58,748 bases of DNA, from contig NKIB01013367.1 in the NCBI GenBank assembly GCA_002256025.1, positions 1 through 58,748 on the forward strand. The letters run 5' to 3'. Origin of the DNA: Asterionella formosa (Eukaryota). Made by a program: the position numbers and the translations under genes. This document shows, piece by piece, positions 54,301 through 58,748 of the stretch (the first letter of the stretch is position 1; every line of letters begins with the position of its first letter). The notes beneath the pieces were generated by a model. That model was not told where the DNA came from. It saw only the letters and a list, made by a program, of their open reading frames with translations, and ran no database searches.

Positions 54301-56689
54301 CCAAATCTGTTAATAAAATTTCCGTTAGATCTAACGTTTTACTCAGCATATGATGAAAAAGTCTTAGATTAAGCTAAAATTTTATTCAACAATAATGATT
54401 CTGTTTGATCAATCAAATTTTATCTCGGGCTAAGGTTTCACGCATATGACGTTATGCATATGTAAAAACTAATCGAAAGTATGAACCAAAAGTTATTGAT
54501 TTAGCAAATTTGCTGTTTCATCGGAGATTATTTTAATATATCAACATCATTTTCTGTTCGATCAATAGAATCTATATCTGGTTATGACAACATTACACGT
54601 ATCACCTCACGCGTATGTTGAAACTTGTACTCGCTCCGTAGATTAGCTAGTAGCAGATGACTACATGCTGATTTTTGTGCATCGGATCCTTGTTGCCATT
54701 CTGACTTGATCACTTGCGTTGATGCACTTAATGTACAGGTACTCCTCTCTCCTCTCTCTATTCTATTATTGGCAATCGAAATTTTACCTTTTGCCTAAGC
54801 CATGTGGGCTCGTCGAATCCCTCACGAGCTGCCTTCCCAAGGAGGAGAAGATCTTAGTCTTGTAACAAATGATATGGTTTCGATACTGAAGGCGAAGTGA
54901 ATGATAGATATCACTGAAACGAAAGAAATCAACGATGAACCATGTGCTAATTCTGTTAAAGGATGTGAAGTGGGATTGGATGTTGCATGCATAAAGGATA
55001 TAAAATTAAGTAGTAATATATGTAACCCGAATATTCTCGATCGTTGATTGAACATCAAATATATTTGACCAAATTAAGATTGCTTTATATCTGTAGAAAT
55101 GAATTCGTCAGGTCGAAAGCTAAGTATCATTTGATCAAACACTCCAAAATGTGAGATCAATAGATCAATTGACTTCATCGATCGGCTGTTATCATTGCTT
55201 GGATTGTAAGTTGGAACATTACTTGATAAAAACGTAACGGTTCTGTATTAACGATGGTGCCATTGTTGGAACAATGAATTGCGTGCATTGATGTATAAAT
55301 AGATTGAATGTATAATACTAAGGGAACGCAACCTGATGCAACAACAAAACATGTTTGATAAAAGAACAGTTTGTATATAAACATGCATACATATGTTTAT
55401 GATCAAACACACGAAAAGGTATTGATCAATAACTTGTTATGTATGATGATCAATCAGAAAAAAACGTCATACTGCGATAATTTTTGGGCAGTCGACAATT
55501 AAGCAAAAGTGTTAGGCCTAACGCATTTTCCATTCATGATGCATTTTCTGATCATAGAAGTGTGATAATTTCTTAAAATGTTTGTGATATAATTTTGATC
55601 AAAATATGATCATGTTAAAATAATACAATAACAATAAAATACGATAAAATATGTACGCAAGTGTTATCGATACATCACAGAAAATAAATAAATAAATCGT
55701 AATTATGTTACTTAATATATATATAATCGTCTTTTAATGTATACAGTAAAAGCCAACAGTTAATATGATAATATTGTACGGTGGATAGGATCTAAGTATA
55801 CAGATGCGTTGATATGTACATCACTATAATATGATTTGTGATATGGATTGTGATGCATATCACATACCGGTATCCTCAACAAGCAGCCATCACGTTCATT
55901 GTCATGTCGTTTTTCCTTGTTATAGCTGTATTTATGCCGGCATGTGTATTGTGTAAACACTACACTGGCGGGACATGCATGGTACACTGCTGTGCTCTGT
56001 TCAACAATTACTACACTCGATTACCATCACACCAGCTGGACCTCCACAAGCGCCACAAAAAGCTCCGTGTTTCCCTTCCACTGTTTTACATCATAGTCTT
56101 CTGGCCCTTTGACAACTTGCCAAATGGCATTTCATGGATTTCATGCAAAGGATCAGTCAAACAAGAAACGTGACTTAGTTCCATTGTTAACACTACATGA
56201 CTTTATGTTTTCGGAAAAGAAGATGAAGAAACTTATGAAATCAATCCATTGCAATGTCCGCAAAGACATTGCAAATTTCAAATGATGAAAAAGTTAGGAT
56301 ATGAACAGGATAGAATGAAAATGAATTATTAATAATAAATTTAGCATCACTTTGATCATGCTGTGCTGGATAATACATTATCACTCCACCATAGTAGTAA
56401 AAATGGAGGTATACCGCTACATACAGTACAGGCGCCACTAGTAGTACCGGTAGTATAGAGCAACATCAATGTTTTCCTAACATCTATGATATGGTTTGTG
56501 CATTGTAGAAGTCTCACACTAACTAAATTTATTTTGTAACTACTAAGCATGCATTGGATTATATTAGATCCATTCAAAATCAACGTCGTCATCAATGTCC
56601 CGTTGATTAATACGTTCATTGTAATCAATATTCTTCTCAGGAACATGTGGTTGAAGTGGTGACTCAACAAATTGATTCATATCCTCTTA

Positions 56690-58566
56690 ACTTACGTTGG
56701 GAAATGATAAGTATGAGTGTGGGTGGATGATATTTGTTGTGGAAGTAGCAAATCCACTAGGATTCAGATCGATTCTTTTGTGAAAGTCCAGTGTAGATTT
56801 CCTTATAATAACCAAGTGAAACATCAGTCCATTGATCAGTGAGACCATTTGAAACTGAACTTTCTTCCCTCACACTTTTTTGATAGGTGGTTTCCCACCA
56901 ATGTTGACAAAATCAGTAGAGACGACGAATATCGTTCTCTAAAATTTCATGCGTATCTGGATTGAAACCCAAATATTTTTGTTGCAAACGGAATTTTCCT
57001 TTCAGCACCAAGAAGCAAAATGCTTCTGTACTGGCATTGATCAGCGAACCAACAAAATGTGATTGCAATTCATACTGTGACCGAAGACTTAGTTAAAATT
57101 TGGTCACACCAGATTTGTCTCCTGTTAAAAATGGTTCTCCACGGCTTGTCCTGCCTATAAAATACACTGGAGCAAGAACATCACCACGCCAGACTTGTTA
57201 TCCTTGGCTTCCCCTGTCAATGTCCTTTGACTGCGCAAAACGATAAAGCGTGAACGCCCACCTAATAAAGTCATCAATATCCAGTGTCTGGAAGTTAGCT
57301 ATATTCTGTTAGACCAGCTGGTGTGTCATGAATTATGTTAGCATTTTTAATTCAAACATATTTGATAAGAATATAATCACCAACTCAAAACATCATGCTT
57401 TCAGAGCATCTCCCGTCCTGCAGGAATTTACCCAAGATTCCTATAAAATGATTATTCAATACATTCTGACATTCTCTCAACTTTTTAATCACCAACTCAA
57501 AACATCATGCTTTCAGATCATCTCCCGCCCTGCAAGAATTTACTTAAGATTCCTTTCAATTGATTATTCAATACATGCTGACATTCTCTCAACTTTTTAA
57601 TGCACATGCCACCAAATGTTGATTTAATATAATCTAAATGTGCCTTGTTGGTACATTCAATGGTCTGATTCATCGGAAGTAGTGCATCAGAACCATTCCA
57701 TATGAAATCGGCAAGCTCTGGGTCACTCACCAATTCTTTCCCTATCTCCGGTTTCACTGTGTATAGCCGAGTTAGGCAGGTCAACATTGGGCAAACCAAT
57801 CCTGTTTGTGATTGGAAATGCCTTTCATACTACTTGGACCAGATAGGGCGGGATGTTTGATTCTCTTTTGGGACCAGAAAAAAGTCCCATTAGATTGATA
57901 TTCTGTTTTGCAGTACCTGCAATTCGCGAACTATAACCTCAACCTTACATGTTCACAGCAAAACTTCTTGGTCTTGAAAATAAAACTCACAACCTTTGTG
58001 ACAATTGATGGATCGGTTCAATTTTAGCTAAGCGGGAACGACGTTCTGAGAAGGCTGCTGAAATTGAAGATTCTTGATAACCTCGTATGGACAAGCGAGT
58101 TTTGAACCAAATTACGACCTTTGTAGTGATTGAGTTCATTGACCAATTGATAATATCCTTTGGCAAGTGCAAAATGTTTTTCCCTCATTTTTTTATGTAC
58201 TTGTTGGTCCGTGCAATTAGAAAATTTATGATATGGTACCATGTCGTCCATCTGCATCCAGGAGTTCCTATTAATGGTATCATCGACAGGAGCCATTTTT
58301 CTTGTATCAACAACTGAAAAAGAAACGTCATCATCGCTTTCAGTATCAATTACGGGAGCCTTTGTACTAGTAGCTGATGGTGTCCCCATCAACGTTGGGG
58401 TAGTACCCCTACTAACTCCCTGTCGCTGATTGGGTTCCTTTGGATAATCGCCTATTCGCTTTTTCTTTGTTAACTCATTTTGGTACTGGCTTCTTTGTTC
58501 CATACCGGCAGTATTTGCCACATGTCGCTTTTTTCCATGAAGCTCTTTATGGTTTTTTGAAGACAT
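56690..58566 (-). pseudogene. Degenerate long ORF, probably an accessory gene of a large DNA transposon (CACTA/Plavaka-like?)
   Basis: ATG at 58566 starts a 180 aa open stretch followed by broken frames. STEAFCFLVLK recalls the 'SDEAFxLLVLEN' motif of transposon-associated ORFs. AT-rich flanks. Confidence 0.35.
57378..57601. repeat. Tandem duplication, 2 x 112 bp
   Basis: CACCAACTCAAAACATCATGCTTTCAG...CATTCTCTCAACTTTTTAAT at 57378-57489 and 57490-57601. Confidence 0.93.
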
Positions 58567-58748
58567 GGTTCTACTAGATAACTGTTGTCGTCATCTTCCT
58601 TAAAGTTCGATGATTTTTAAATCAGGTGTTGCAAACTACAATGAAATGAATCATCAGCCACTACATATAATATTTTACACTGTCTAGATATGATACCATA
58701 AAACCAACAGTGCTATTTACATTATCATATACAAAATCAGAACCGAGT

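Noticed and set aside
1..58748. tRNA, rRNA, snRNA genes or telomeric repeats
   Set aside because: None recognised by eye; a covariance-model scan would be needed to exclude small RNAs.

Overview
This is a eukaryotic nuclear window, most likely from a diatom or related stramenopile. The evidence is GT-AG introns, signal peptides followed by a Phe (ASAFAP-like plastid targeting), and diatom-type transposons. About 13 intact housekeeping-type genes are present: a secreted 2OG-Fe(II) oxygenase, a PPR protein, an ArgA-like amino-acid-kinase-domain protein, UBL5/Hub1, a bacterial-type glycosyltransferase, GET4, a kinesin-4, an inositol 5-phosphatase, a small membrane protein, a dsRBD/Pro-rich protein, a PA-RING ligase, V-ATPase subunit C and CDC123. 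Decayed transposon islands lie between them: two DD39D-type mariner copies, a PIF/Harbinger element, a pogo-type MITE, pogo fragments, an APE-RT-RNaseH LINE and unclassified relics. Three observations stand out. (1) Both mariner copies carry, inside their TIRs, a second convergent ORF with a Cys/His motif and a HIRAN-like core. (2) Both are inserted in the TA of a GGTACC palindrome. (3) Arrays of GGTACCA/TACCGGTA-type motifs mark most gene 5' intergenic regions but not convergent junctions, and some units resemble mariner/pogo excision footprints. All family assignments come from motifs recognised by eye; no database search was run.
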